Of a stretch of 64,000 nt of DNA, positions 29,426 through 39,058 are shown piece by piece. The notes beneath the pieces are model-generated. The model made no database searches and was not told the DNA's origin. It was given only the letters and a program-made list of their open reading frames with translations. Location of the stretch: the NCBI GenBank assembly GCA_963707915.1, contig OY970178.1, positions 320,001 through 384,000 of the forward strand, given 5' to 3'. Each line of letters starts with the position of its first letter. Position 1 is the stretch's first letter. Position numbers and translations under genes: made by a program. This DNA comes from Candidatus Eiseniibacteriota bacterium. GTDB lineage: Bacteria; Eisenbacteria; RBG-16-71-46.

Positions 29426-32244
29426 CGGAGGACCACGAGGCGTTGCGCCGGGCCATGGGCCCCGCGGGGGAGCACGAAGTACACGCCGGCCACCCAGGGC
29501 CGCGTCTGGCCGCTCGCCAGGCGACCCCGCGACTCCGGGCCCCGGGGCAGCAGTTCCACCACGGCCACCCGCCGCCCGGCCAGGTCGTAGATTTCGAGCG
29601 CTTCCGCGGCCGTCCCCCCGGGTGCAGCTGCCCAGCGGAACTCGACCTCCCGGCCCGCGAGCGCCGGATTGGGCCGGATCGAGATCGGCGACGGCACGGC
29701 GAGCGCGGCGGTGAGCGGGACGGCGAGCGGCGGGCGCCAGTCGGTGAGCCGGCGGCGTTCCATGAAGTGGGCCGTTCCCCCCTGATAGCTCCGGAAGAGC
29801 ACGGTCACGTTCCCCGGCGAGGAGGCGAGCACGGCGGGTTGCACGGCCGCTTCCGCCGTGGCCTGGGTGATGTCCGTGCTGTTGGCGTCCCAGCCGAGCC
29901 TGGGATGCCGGCGGCGGTAGCGAATGTGCGTGACTCCGCTCACCGAGCGCTCGAACACCACGTGCAGGCCGCCTTCGGCGTCGCGCGCGAGCCGCGCCCC
30001 GGCGAGCGTGCTGTTGCTGGTTTCGATCACGGTGTCCGCGGGCGCGAATCCCCCCAGGGCCAGGCGCCGCTGGTAGTGCAGCTCGCTCCCGGTCGCGCCG
30101 CTCTCGATCCACAGGCTGTGCAGCGTGCCACTCGACTCGGCCAGCGCCGAGACCCACGTCTGGGACAGCCCGTTCTGGGGAGTCAGCCGCAGGCCCGTTC
30201 CGGGGAGGGAGTCGAGACCGCAGCGCGAGAACCACAGGGTGGTCGGCCAGTTCGCATTGTTCGCCCAGATCACGACGGCGCCCCCCGATGGCAGGACCGT
30301 GACCAGCGGGTTCGCGGCCGACTCGCTGACGCCCGACAACGTGAACGACTGCCCGAAGGGTGACAGGTAGGGGAACCTCAGGTACTGGATGTTCGGCAGG
30401 TCCTGCCCGATCAGGACCCAGGCGACGTGGACGCCGCCCTTGCGATCGGCCCCGACGGAGGGGGCCCGGTGCTCGCCCGAAAGGGTGCTGAGGACCTGCT
30501 CCGACGTCCACACGCCACCGACCCGGGCGCGGTAGAAGATGCGGATCGGCCCGAGTCGCGTGTCGCACCACACGAGCGCGAGGTCGTCGGTGCCGAGCAC
30601 GGCCAGGGCGGGCTCGAAGGCGTCGCCCGAGGACTGCGAGACGACGACGCCCTCGCCCCACTCGCCTGCGCGCCGCGAGCGCAGGACGATCTGGAGATGG
30701 CCGAGGCGCGTCTCGCTCGCGACCGAGTAACCGGTCCCGCTGGGCGCCAGCGCCGCCCTGGCTGCGGTGGTCGGCGTCTCGGACGGGGTGTACTCGCCGA
30801 CCGTGCGGTCGGCGGCCGGCTCCCAGCCGGTCGCGCGGACCTGCGCGAGGAAGCTCATCCCGTCCGCCATCGGGGCGATGTCGTAGAGGCCCACGCCCGT
30901 CGGGGCGCCCAGGAAGGTGAGGGTGTTGGGTGGCGGCGTGTCGTCGAACAGCGCGGCCCGGCCGCTCGCGCCCGGGTAGACGTCGCCCGCATCACCGCGG
31001 TTGACGCCACTGGTGAGATCGGTGGTCCCGGCCGCCTCTTCGACGACGAGTCCCGGGACCGCTCCCGAGTTGACCGAGTTGGATTGGATGCCCTGGCCGA
31101 TCACCGCGTCGTTGACGTGGTAGACGACGAGTCCGCCCGCGGGCAGATTGCGGTCGAAGCCCGCCTGCCGGCGGGCCTCGACCAGGAAGTGCTCCGGGTT
31201 GGCCTCGCCCTGGAAGGAGAGTTGCAGGACCTGGTTCCCGATGCCGAGCGGGGGCAGCACGACCGGCGTGTCCTCCGTGGGCGCGAGCACCTGCGTCCAG
31301 CCCAGGAAGAGCGTGGGCCAGGCCCCGAGGTGGGCCGGGTACTCGGGCGAGTGGCCGTCGCCTCCATAGGCGCCGGTCCCCATCAGCGACCAGTTGCCGG
31401 GGCCCGAATTGGTCGTCCCGCCGTCCCGGGTGTCGTAGAGGTCCGGCAGGCCCAGGGCGTGGCCGAACTCGTGGCAGTAGACGCCGATCTCCGAGCGCTG
31501 TCCGGGGGCGAAGTAGGAGAGCTCCGGCAGGATGGTGAAACGGTCGATTCGCATGTGCTGGGTGAGTGAGCCCGGGACGTGCTCGGGGGTCTGGTAGGCG
31601 CCGGTGCCGCTCCAGAAGGTGGAGAGCCGGGAGGTGATGGACCACAGGTCGTTGTTGAAACGGTCCGGGGCGGCCTCCCCGGGGAGGCCGGCGTGGACCA
31701 CCCAGAGCATGTCCACGAAGCCGTCCCGGTCGAGGTCGAAGTCGGACCACTGGACTTGCGCGGCGCAGGCGTTCAGGGCGTCGATGACCAGCCCGGCGGA
31801 GTTGTGCGGGGTGGACGTGCGGGACAGTCCAAAGCTGTTGTAACCGTAGTAGAGCTTGTCGTGCGGCAACGCCACCGTCGCCACCACCCGCCCGACCACG
31901 CTGATGCGATTGCTCGAGACCCAGTCGTAGTAGTCGTGGACCGACCCCGTGGGAGTGGCCTGGGTCGTGTCGAAGAGGGCGAGGTCGAAGTCGGCGCCGG
32001 CGTAGGCGAGGGGGGCGTCGGTGTACGAGACGAGGACCACCGGGATCCGGAAGGCCTGCTGGACCGCGCTCGTGCCCAGGACGGTCCGGGGGGCGGGGAG
32101 GTCGAAGAGCCCGTCGCGGAACGCGGCGGATACCTCAGCCGGCGGCCGGCCCGAGATCGTGGGCATGGTCGCCCTCGCCGGAGCGGCCAGCAGGGCCAAC
32201 TCGGCCAGGAGACACCAGGTCACGGGGCTCGGGTATCGGGACAC
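29422..32244 (-). CDS. Secreted M6 (immune inhibitor A-like) metalloprotease with a C-terminal FlgD-Ig/T9SS-like domain
   Basis: HEFGHALGLPDLY, WSLMG, DLDRDGFVD. C-terminus IRPNP..IYDLAGRRV..GVYFV..RLVVLR. Start is approximate. Confidence 0.88.
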   Translation of the reverse strand: MSRYPSPVTWCLLAELALLAAPARATMPTISGRPPAEVSAAFRDGLFDLPAPRTVLGTSAVQQAFRIPVVLVSYTDAPLAYAGADFDLALFDTTQATPTGSVHDYYDWVSSNRISVVGRVVATVALPHDKLYYGYNSFGLSRTSTPHNSAGLVIDALNACAAQVQWSDFDLDRDGFVDMLWVVHAGLPGEAAPDRFNNDLWSITSRLSTFWSGTGAYQTPEHVPGSLTQHMRIDRFTILPELSYFAPGQRSEIGVYCHEFGHALGLPDLYDTRDGGTTNSGPGNWSLMGTGAYGGDGHSPEYPAHLGAWPTLFLGWTQVLAPTEDTPVVLPPLGIGNQVLQLSFQGEANPEHFLVEARRQAGFDRNLPAGGLVVYHVNDAVIGQGIQSNSVNSGAVPGLVVEEAAGTTDLTSGVNRGDAGDVYPGASGRAALFDDTPPPNTLTFLGAPTGVGLYDIAPMADGMSFLAQVRATGWEPAADRTVGEYTPSETPTTAARAALAPSGTGYSVASETRLGHLQIVLRSRRAGEWGEGVVVSQSSGDAFEPALAVLGTDDLALVWCDTRLGPIRIFYRARVGGVWTSEQVLSTLSGEHRAPSVGADRKGGVHVAWVLIGQDLPNIQYLRFPYLSPFGQSFTLSGVSESAANPLVTVLPSGGAVVIWANNANWPTTLWFSRCGLDSLPGTGLRLTPQNGLSQTWVSALAESSGTLHSLWIESGATGSELHYQRRLALGGFAPADTVIETSNSTLAGARLARDAEGGLHVVFERSVSGVTHIRYRRRHPRLGWDANSTDITQATAEAAVQPAVLASSPGNVTVLFRSYQGGTAHFMERRRLTDWRPPLAVPLTAALAVPSPISIRPNPALAGREVEFRWAAAPGGTAAEALEIYDLAGRRVAVVELLPRGPESRGRLASGQTRPWVAGVYFVLPRGAHGPAQRLVVLR

Positions 32245-32660
32245 TGGTACCTGCTTGAACGGGTTTTCTCGGACGCATCGAACGGCCCCGGTCGCGACTC
32301 CTCCATCATTGTGGCAGCGGACCGCGCAGGTCAAGAGGTCTCCTCCCAACGGCTCTCCGGGGAGAACCGGCGCGGCGAGGGCGTGCCTGGCGGGGCCCCC
32401 GCCCTCACCGGCGCCGCGTGCCCGGGAAGGGCCGGCGGAAGTGGTGGGCCCGGGGGGGCTATGCTAGCTTGCCGTTCCGGTCGAGCTCGCCCCGGTCGAG
32501 CCGGGTGCGCCCGATGTCCGTGAGATGGGCTATCCCCGGGCCGCCGGGAGCCGTGGGCCCGGGCCAGGGGACCCCGATTCGGCCCGGGAAAGCCCCTGTG
32601 GAGCGTGGAGATCAACCCGATGATCAGGACGCTGGAGCGAGTCGTGGGCGCCGGTCCCGC

Positions 32661-33476
32661 ATGAGCCGGCTCACGCACGCGGTCGTCTCGCTGGCGGCGC
32701 TGGACCTGCGCCGCAGCCCCGCGCACGGGGCGGAACTCACCAGCCAACTCCTGCTGGGCGAGGTCGTCCGGGTGATCGGAGGGCGTCCCGGCGGGAGCTG
32801 GTGGCGGGTCGAGGGCCTGGCGGATGGCTACCGTGGCTGGGTCCGGGACTGGGGGCTCGTCCGCGTGCCGATCGCCCGGGCCCGGTCCTGGCAGGAGAAG
32901 TCGGTCGCGCGGGTGGCCGTTCCCATCGCCGAAGCCCGGACCGGGACCGGCAGGGGGGCTCTCGTGAGCCCGCTGTTCCTGAACAGCCGGGTGATCCCCG
33001 GACGCCGCCGGGGGGGCCATCGCCGTGTCGAGCTGCCGGATGGGCGCAGGGGCTGGGTGCCGGTCGCATCATTGGCCTGCCGAGGGGAGCGGCCCGCGCT
33101 TCTCGACCGGGTCCTCAGCCTGCTCGGGGTCCCGTATCACTGGGGTGGGCGGACCGCCCTCGGGCTCGACTGCTCCGGCTTCGTCCAGCAGGTGCTCGCC
33201 GAACAGGGACTTGGACTTCCGCGGGATGCCGCGCACCAGTTCAAGGCCTCGCGGCGGCTTGCCATCGACGAGCGGCCGGGGCCTGGCGACCTCATCTTCT
33301 TCGCATTGCCGGGGCACCCCCCCGGCCACGTCGGGATCGGGCTCGGTGGCGGGTACTTCGCGCACTGCCGCGGGATGGTGAGAATCAGCTCGTCAGAATC
33401 TGGTAACAAATTGTACGACAACGAGCTAATGCCTCAAAGCGTGGGATGGATGAGGCTTCCAGCGGCCACCGGATGA
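32661..33476 (+). CDS. SH3 plus NlpC/P60 (C40) peptidase, YkfC-like
   Basis: SQLLLGE, DGYRGWV, PYHWGG, DCSGF, LPRDA, GDLIFF, HVGI. Confidence 0.9.
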   Translation: MSRLTHAVVSLAALDLRRSPAHGAELTSQLLLGEVVRVIGGRPGGSWWRVEGLADGYRGWVRDWGLVRVPIARARSWQEKSVARVAVPIAEARTGTGRGALVSPLFLNSRVIPGRRRGGHRRVELPDGRRGWVPVASLACRGERPALLDRVLSLLGVPYHWGGRTALGLDCSGFVQQVLAEQGLGLPRDAAHQFKASRRLAIDERPGPGDLIFFALPGHPPGHVGIGLGGGYFAHCRGMVRISSSESGNKLYDNELMPQSVGWMRLPAATG

Positions 33477-33508
33477 GTCCGCCGTGACCCCCGGTGGTGC
33501 GATTCGAC

Positions 33509-33538
33509 TTGACAGGCTTTCGTCAGTTTCCCTAGTTT
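33509..33538 (+). promoter_or_regulatory. Sigma70 promoter of the outer-membrane protein gene
   Basis: TTGACA-N18-TAGTTT. Confidence 0.6.
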
Positions 33539-33778
33539 CCCTGCGGGCGTGTGCCAGGGACCTGGGGTGGGAACCCAAGGTCTTGGCTACTTCTTGGTGA
33601 GCTCCACCCGCACGGAGGCGGTGGAGCCTTTGCCTTGTCAATGACGGATTTCAAAAAAGAACCTATGAAAGGAGGTGGGGCTCCGAACCAGACCGCGTGG
33701 CAGTGCCCCGGCCATCCAGACCGGCGGTGATTCTGTTTCGTGGATTTCGTAGCTCTCTCGAGCAAGGAGGCTGTTCTA

Positions 33779-35293
33779 ATGAGTTCTCGCACCGTGAAGT
33801 GGCTGCTCCTGGCGTCGGTCCTGCTCATCGCGTTCCCGGTCGTGGCAGCCGCCTCGACCGCCCGCGTGCAGGGCATGGCCATCCAGAGCGACTACATCAA
33901 GGACTACACGAACGTCTATACGTACCTTTCGGAAGTCAGCTGTGTCGGAAACGTCGTCTTCGGCGAGTTCGGCAACGTGGAAGGCGACACCTACACGCGC
34001 GACCGTGGCGTGGGCGTCATCCTCAACAACCTCTGGGACGGCAAGTACGGCGCCATCGCCCTGCGTCTCAGCGAAGAGACCGCTCAGATCGGCCAGGGCG
34101 ACGCCAACACGGCCCCCGGCGCCGGTTACGACAGCTGGGATCCCAATCACAACACCGAGCACGCGTTCGACATCGTCTGGGGCAAGAAGTTCGGCTCGAT
34201 GAGCCTCGGCCTGCAGATGAACCGCTCCTACGGCCGGATCGAGGGTGACCCGTCGATCTACTACGGCTACTACGGCGGCTGGAACGACATCAAGGGCGAC
34301 TGGTGGGAGAGCTACAGCCCGTCCGAGCTCAACTGGCACCGCAACGTCCTCGGTTTCGGCGCGGGCCTCGGCTACGAGTTCAGCCCGAAGCTGACCGTCG
34401 AGGGCTCGATCCTGTACCAGAGCCGGACCTTCATGGCCAAGGACACGCTGTACGACCACGGGGAGTTCTCCGGCAACTACGGTTACTACGCCGAAGAGAG
34501 CCTCACCCCCGGCCAGAAGTACGAGAACGACGGCTCGGCGGCCTACCTGGTCGCTGCCCGCGCCCTGTGGCAGGCCCAGCCGAACCTGCTGCTCGTGCCG
34601 GTGTTCAAGTTCTACAGCTTCAACGTGGGCTACAAGGGCGAGTTCTACCTGCCGGACAGCCTGACCAGCACCCGCGCGGTGAAGCTCGACTTCACGCCGA
34701 TGGACGACAAGATCAGTGGCTGGCAGCTCGGCATCGCGGGCAACTGGACGCTGAACCAGAACGACCTGCTGGTCCTCGGCGCGACGATCGCGAGCAACAA
34801 GGAAGAGGTGAAGTACCGCGACGTCGAAGTCACCTATGACTACTACGGCGGTGGCGGCGAGGGCGACCCGAACGTCACCTACTCGGCTCCGTACGTCGCC
34901 GACGAGTACAAGTACACCGAGACCATGATGCCGACGATCTTCGCGTCGCTCGAGACGCACCTGAACTCGTGGCTGACGCTGCGGTTCGGCGCCCAGCAGG
35001 GCGTGTTCTACTCGTACAAGAACGAGACCAAGCATTTCGAGCTGAACGCCGACGGCGACGTGGTTCCGGATCCCGACTACCCGACGCAGACCACGACCGA
35101 GAAGTACTCGCCCTTCACGATGATGCTGGGCGCGGGCTTCAAGTTCGGCAACCTGCAGCTCGACGCGACCGTGAACCCGGACTTCTTCCACAACGGGCCG
35201 TACTTCATCAGTGGCCAGACGACCGGCTACGATGCGTACGATTTCGACGGCAACGCGCTGTTCCCGAAGGTCACCGCGACCTACACGTTCTGA
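33779..35293 (+). CDS. Probable major outer-membrane beta-barrel protein (porin-like)
   Basis: Signal peptide, alternating aromatic beta-strands, C-terminal KVTATYTF (BAM-type signal), strongly C-ending codons, AAGGAGG SD. Confidence 0.8.
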   Translation: MSSRTVKWLLLASVLLIAFPVVAAASTARVQGMAIQSDYIKDYTNVYTYLSEVSCVGNVVFGEFGNVEGDTYTRDRGVGVILNNLWDGKYGAIALRLSEETAQIGQGDANTAPGAGYDSWDPNHNTEHAFDIVWGKKFGSMSLGLQMNRSYGRIEGDPSIYYGYYGGWNDIKGDWWESYSPSELNWHRNVLGFGAGLGYEFSPKLTVEGSILYQSRTFMAKDTLYDHGEFSGNYGYYAEESLTPGQKYENDGSAAYLVAARALWQAQPNLLLVPVFKFYSFNVGYKGEFYLPDSLTSTRAVKLDFTPMDDKISGWQLGIAGNWTLNQNDLLVLGATIASNKEEVKYRDVEVTYDYYGGGGEGDPNVTYSAPYVADEYKYTETMMPTIFASLETHLNSWLTLRFGAQQGVFYSYKNETKHFELNADGDVVPDPDYPTQTTTEKYSPFTMMLGAGFKFGNLQLDATVNPDFFHNGPYFISGQTTGYDAYDFDGNALFPKVTATYTF

Positions 35294-35314
35294 TCGCGGT
35301 AGTCGCAAACGGAC

Positions 35315-35346
35315 ACGAGGGGGACGCCTCCGGGCGCCCCCCTCGT
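35315..35346 (+). terminator. Hairpin terminator between convergent genes
   Basis: ACGAGGGGG-a-CGCC-tccg-GGCG-c-CCCCCTCGT. Confidence 0.6.
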
Positions 35347-35447
35347 TCCATTCCGGGCACCGGAGCCGAAGCGGCCCGCGGGGGATGGTCCCGCGGGCCG
35401 CTCATGGCCTGCTCCCGGTCGCCGCGTGGCGCGGCCCGTCCTCCCGG

Positions 35448-36242
35448 CTAGTAGGCGTAGAGCGCGTTGAGCGCTCCCCAGGTCATCTCGTAGGGCCAGG
35501 TGGCCGCCGCGGGGGCAGCCGGCCGGCCGGCGGGGCCGGCGAGCGCGGAGGCCGTCACCCTTCGGAAGGCCCCGGTGGCCAGCGAAGCGCCCGGGCCGGC
35601 CGGTGCCACGGCGCCGGCGGACCCCTGCAAGGTCTCGTCGCGCCACTCGTCGATGTACCAGCGCGTCGAATCGGGACCGAACCCCAGCTCGCGCGGGATC
35701 AGCGCGGAGTCCCCGCGCACCACGAAGAAGCGGGCATTGCCCTGGATGCGGTACTCCCCGCCGTCCTCGGTCTTGATCGTGAGGTTCACGCTGGTGACGA
35801 TCTCGTTGTGCCATTTCGCGTTCTTGCCGGGCCGGCTGTCGGGCAGCGCGCGGATGGTGGGATCCAGGATCAACGCGATGCTGCTGGCCGGCGGCGCGGT
35901 GCCGCCGCCCACGAACAGGTTCGTGGCGATGTTCAACTCCATCTCGCGGGTCACCGGCGCCTCGCGGAACATGTTCCCCGCCGAGTCGCCCAGCGCGAAG
36001 ATGAATCGGAAGTCGTCGGTGAAGATCGTCCGGTAGACGGTGATGTCCCGGTTGTTCCAGCACCACTCGAACAGCCGGATCACGTTCTGCGGCGAGTTCG
36101 GCGTGGGCGGCGGGATGTAGATGCCGGTGGTGGGCGCGAGGCGCGGGGCGAACGGGTTGAAGCAGCCGGCCGCTCCCAGCAGCAACAGGGCGACCGCGCA
36201 CGCGCCCGCGGACCGACGGATCGTCCTCTTCATGACGCTCAT
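35448..36242 (-). CDS. Hypothetical lipoprotein (possibly NTF2-like) with a C-terminal TWG tail
   Basis: Lipobox GAAGC-FNPFAP, YRTIFTDDFRFIF, ends MTWGALNALYAY. ATGA overlap with the upstream gene. Confidence 0.8.
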   Translation of the reverse strand: MSVMKRTIRRSAGACAVALLLLGAAGCFNPFAPRLAPTTGIYIPPPTPNSPQNVIRLFEWCWNNRDITVYRTIFTDDFRFIFALGDSAGNMFREAPVTREMELNIATNLFVGGGTAPPASSIALILDPTIRALPDSRPGKNAKWHNEIVTSVNLTIKTEDGGEYRIQGNARFFVVRGDSALIPRELGFGPDSTRWYIDEWRDETLQGSAGAVAPAGPGASLATGAFRRVTASALAGPAGRPAAPAAATWPYEMTWGALNALYAY

Positions 36243-36916
36243 CCTCCCGCTCCGGCATTGAGCCTGAGATAGCCGAAGGTCTTCGGGTTCTTGTCCGTGA
36301 GCTGCTTGGTGATGGCGGGGTCCTCTTCCCAGAGGACCAGGGCCCAACGGGAGGCCGAGATCCGGGCGAAGGTCAGCCGGGCGTAGCCGTCCGCGATGAG
36401 CAGGGCCTCGCCGGTGGCCTGCCGCACCGCCCAGACCCGGTAGCGCCGCTGCATGATCGCCTGGGTATCGCTGAGGATGTCGTTGGAGATCGGGATCTTC
36501 TCGTTCTCCAGCCACTCCATCAGGTAGGGGTCCGAGTAGGAGCGGACGAACACGGACACGAACTGGGTCTCGTGGCGCAGGTCCCAGTCCCCCGGCGCGG
36601 TGCCGCCGCCCTGCACGTAGGCGTTCAACACCACGGGGTCGAAGAAGGCGTGGAAGGCCTGCCCGTCGGCCGTGGTGTCGGCCAGGGCGCCGAGGTAGGC
36701 CGCCTGCCCGACGTTGTCCTTGCGCTCGATGCCGACCCGCATGTAGTAGAGGCAGCTCTCGGGCGCGGCGTAGTTGGGCAGCAGGGTCGACACCACGCCC
36801 CCGACCTGCGGGCTGGCGGGCCGGAAGATGTCGCAGCCCGCGGCCAGCACGGCCAGCAGGCCGAACGCGAGAACCGCCCGCAACGGGCGGGAGCCCCGGC
36901 GGATCACAGTTCCCAT
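36239..36916 (-). CDS. Hypothetical lipoprotein (possibly NTF2-like)
   Basis: Lipobox LAAGC-DIF, overlaps both neighbouring genes. Confidence 0.8.
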   Translation of the reverse strand: MGTVIRRGSRPLRAVLAFGLLAVLAAGCDIFRPASPQVGGVVSTLLPNYAAPESCLYYMRVGIERKDNVGQAAYLGALADTTADGQAFHAFFDPVVLNAYVQGGGTAPGDWDLRHETQFVSVFVRSYSDPYLMEWLENEKIPISNDILSDTQAIMQRRYRVWAVRQATGEALLIADGYARLTFARISASRWALVLWEEDPAITKQLTDKNPKTFGYLRLNAGAGG

Positions 36917-39021
36917 GAGAGCTGCAGGCTGCCGTTCCAGAAGTCACTCTCCGTGCGTGGCTGCACCTGGGGAACGCCACGAGTGTAGTTGATGAGGCGG
37001 TCGGTGCGGTAGGTCCGCAGGATGTCGCCGGTGAGGCGGCCCTTGGGCCCGAGGGGCAGGTTCAGGCTGGCGCCCGCCGAGAAGTTGAGGGACCGGTTGA
37101 TCCGGGTCGGTGCCAGGGTGCCGGACTGGGAGGCGTTGCGTTCGCCCGCCAGGTAGTCCGGCTGCATGAAGAACGACAGGGTGGGGCCGGGCGTGTACGC
37201 CAGCCGCGCGGAGAGCGTCGAGTTGTCGTTCACCTCGGAGCGGCTCAGGTAGTAGAGCCCGTCCGGGAACTCGGTGTAGGCGCCGCTGGGCGTGTGCTTG
37301 ACGTTGTGGCGCACGTCCACCGTGAAGCGCGGCGACAGCACGGCGTTGAGGGACGTGGCCGAGCTGTAGTCCAGCGAGAGCCGGTCGCTGGCGGGCAGGA
37401 AGTTGAAGTGGATGTAGTCGGCGCTGACCGTGTTGTTCTGGGTGGCCGTCAGCCCCTTCAGCAGGCGGTAGCTCCAGCGCCACTCGGCCTTGTAGTTGTT
37501 GGTCACCGAGTTGGCGTTCGTGCTGCCGGCCGGCAGGTTCACCAGCATGCTGCGGGTGACGTTCAGGACGAGCCCGCTGTTGAAGCGCGTCGAGCCGTTG
37601 TACTGGGTCTCGATCCGGTAGTTCTGCCGGTACTGGTCGTTGTCCGGCTTCGGGTTCGAGTAGTTGCCGATGACGAAGATGCGCGAGGCGTTCAGGCTCA
37701 CCCCGCCGCTGGCCCGCAGCAGGATCTTCCGGGTGAGGTTGCGGCTCACGGTGCCGTCGATCGTCGCCACCCGGAGGGATTCGCCGTAGCCGCCGGTATT
37801 GTCGATGTGCGGGTTCTCCGAGCGGGTGCGGGTCAGCGAGAAGCGCCCCTCGAGGTTCCAGCCGGCCATCAGGTAGCGGCCGTCGACGCCGAAGCCGAGG
37901 TCCCGGCGACTGGACGTGACGTCGATGGTCTGGGCGCCGTAGCGCCCGGTCAGGTTCACGTAGCGGTCGTTGTCCTGGCGCAGGCGCAGCGTGGCGTCGG
38001 AGCCGCTGTCGAACGTGCGGCGCGTGGTCGTTCCCGTGGTCGCGGGGATCTCGACCCGCGTGCGGCGGACCGAGTAGTTCAGATTGAGTCCCACCGGCCG
38101 GCCGGGCAGGAGCCCGAGCGTCCCGCGCAGGTTGTTGCTGAGGTCGCTCGAGCGCGTGCTGACCGGGTTGGCGGGGGTGCGCAGGCGGGACAGGTTGCCG
38201 TTCACCTGGCCGGAGAAGTCGTGGGTGACCCAGGGGGTCTGCAGGCGCAGCGTCCCGTTCAGGTCGGCCGAGAGGCCGCGCTTGACCTGCTGGAGGTTGT
38301 TGAGGTCCAGCAGGCCCGAGAAGAAGTTCACTTCCGAGCGCAGCGCCTTCACCGGCTGTTGGCGGGTGCGGAGCGAGAGCTGGAAGTCGTTCTTGCGCTC
38401 CCCCTGGTTGTTGAGGGAGCCGGGATCGCGGCTGTTGAAACGGTCCAGGTTGGCCCGCGCCCCGAGCGAGAAGTCGGGCGAGAACCGCCAGCCGCCCTCG
38501 GTCCCCGACGAACGGGACTGCCGCACGCTGGTCTGCCCGCCGGCGGTGTAGCGGTCGATCTGGATGGTGGTGGTGTTCTGCAGGAACAGTGAGCCCATCA
38601 CCAGCTTGTAGTCCCCGGTGTTGCTCCACGTGGTCGAGGTCTGCTGGACGGTGTAGCCGCTGCTGTAGCGGAACGTGGTGAGCTGCTTGACCGTGCTCGC
38701 CAGCGGGTTGAAACGCTCCCGCTCGAGGTACACCCCCACGCTGTCGACCGGCATCCGCAGGCTGTCCGCGAGGTGGACCATGCGCTGCAGCGACCAGCGG
38801 TAGCGGATCGAGAGCGCGCGAAGCGTGTCGGGCGTGAGGCTCAGGCTGTCGGCGACCGGGAAGAGGCGGTCGAAATGCAGGCCGAGGGTGTCCCGCAGCA
38901 GGGTCGTGTCCGCGAACGCGTAACGCGTGGACTCCGCCTGCTGGGCATGCCCGGGGATGACGGCGAGAACCACCTCCAGCGCGACCGGCAGAAGGAGGAG
39001 AGCGAGGCGTCGGGCCCTCAT
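36904..39021 (-). CDS. Hypothetical large outer-membrane beta-barrel protein
   Basis: Signal peptide, long run of S/T/N/R-rich amphipathic beta-strands, C-terminus GSLQLSWEL. Confidence 0.78.
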   Translation of the reverse strand: MRARRLALLLLPVALEVVLAVIPGHAQQAESTRYAFADTTLLRDTLGLHFDRLFPVADSLSLTPDTLRALSIRYRWSLQRMVHLADSLRMPVDSVGVYLERERFNPLASTVKQLTTFRYSSGYTVQQTSTTWSNTGDYKLVMGSLFLQNTTTIQIDRYTAGGQTSVRQSRSSGTEGGWRFSPDFSLGARANLDRFNSRDPGSLNNQGERKNDFQLSLRTRQQPVKALRSEVNFFSGLLDLNNLQQVKRGLSADLNGTLRLQTPWVTHDFSGQVNGNLSRLRTPANPVSTRSSDLSNNLRGTLGLLPGRPVGLNLNYSVRRTRVEIPATTGTTTRRTFDSGSDATLRLRQDNDRYVNLTGRYGAQTIDVTSSRRDLGFGVDGRYLMAGWNLEGRFSLTRTRSENPHIDNTGGYGESLRVATIDGTVSRNLTRKILLRASGGVSLNASRIFVIGNYSNPKPDNDQYRQNYRIETQYNGSTRFNSGLVLNVTRSMLVNLPAGSTNANSVTNNYKAEWRWSYRLLKGLTATQNNTVSADYIHFNFLPASDRLSLDYSSATSLNAVLSPRFTVDVRHNVKHTPSGAYTEFPDGLYYLSRSEVNDNSTLSARLAYTPGPTLSFFMQPDYLAGERNASQSGTLAPTRINRSLNFSAGASLNLPLGPKGRLTGDILRTYRTDRLINYTRGVPQVQPRTESDFWNGSLQLSWEL

Positions 39022-39058
39022 CGGGAATGCGCTGGGACGAGTCTCATCACGGCGTTCG

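Noticed and set aside
32220..32309. Short upstream ORF (MMEESRPGPF...) before the M6 protease on the minus strand
   Set aside because: No SD or recognisable features, and the nearby promoter-like motif has only a 15-nt spacer.
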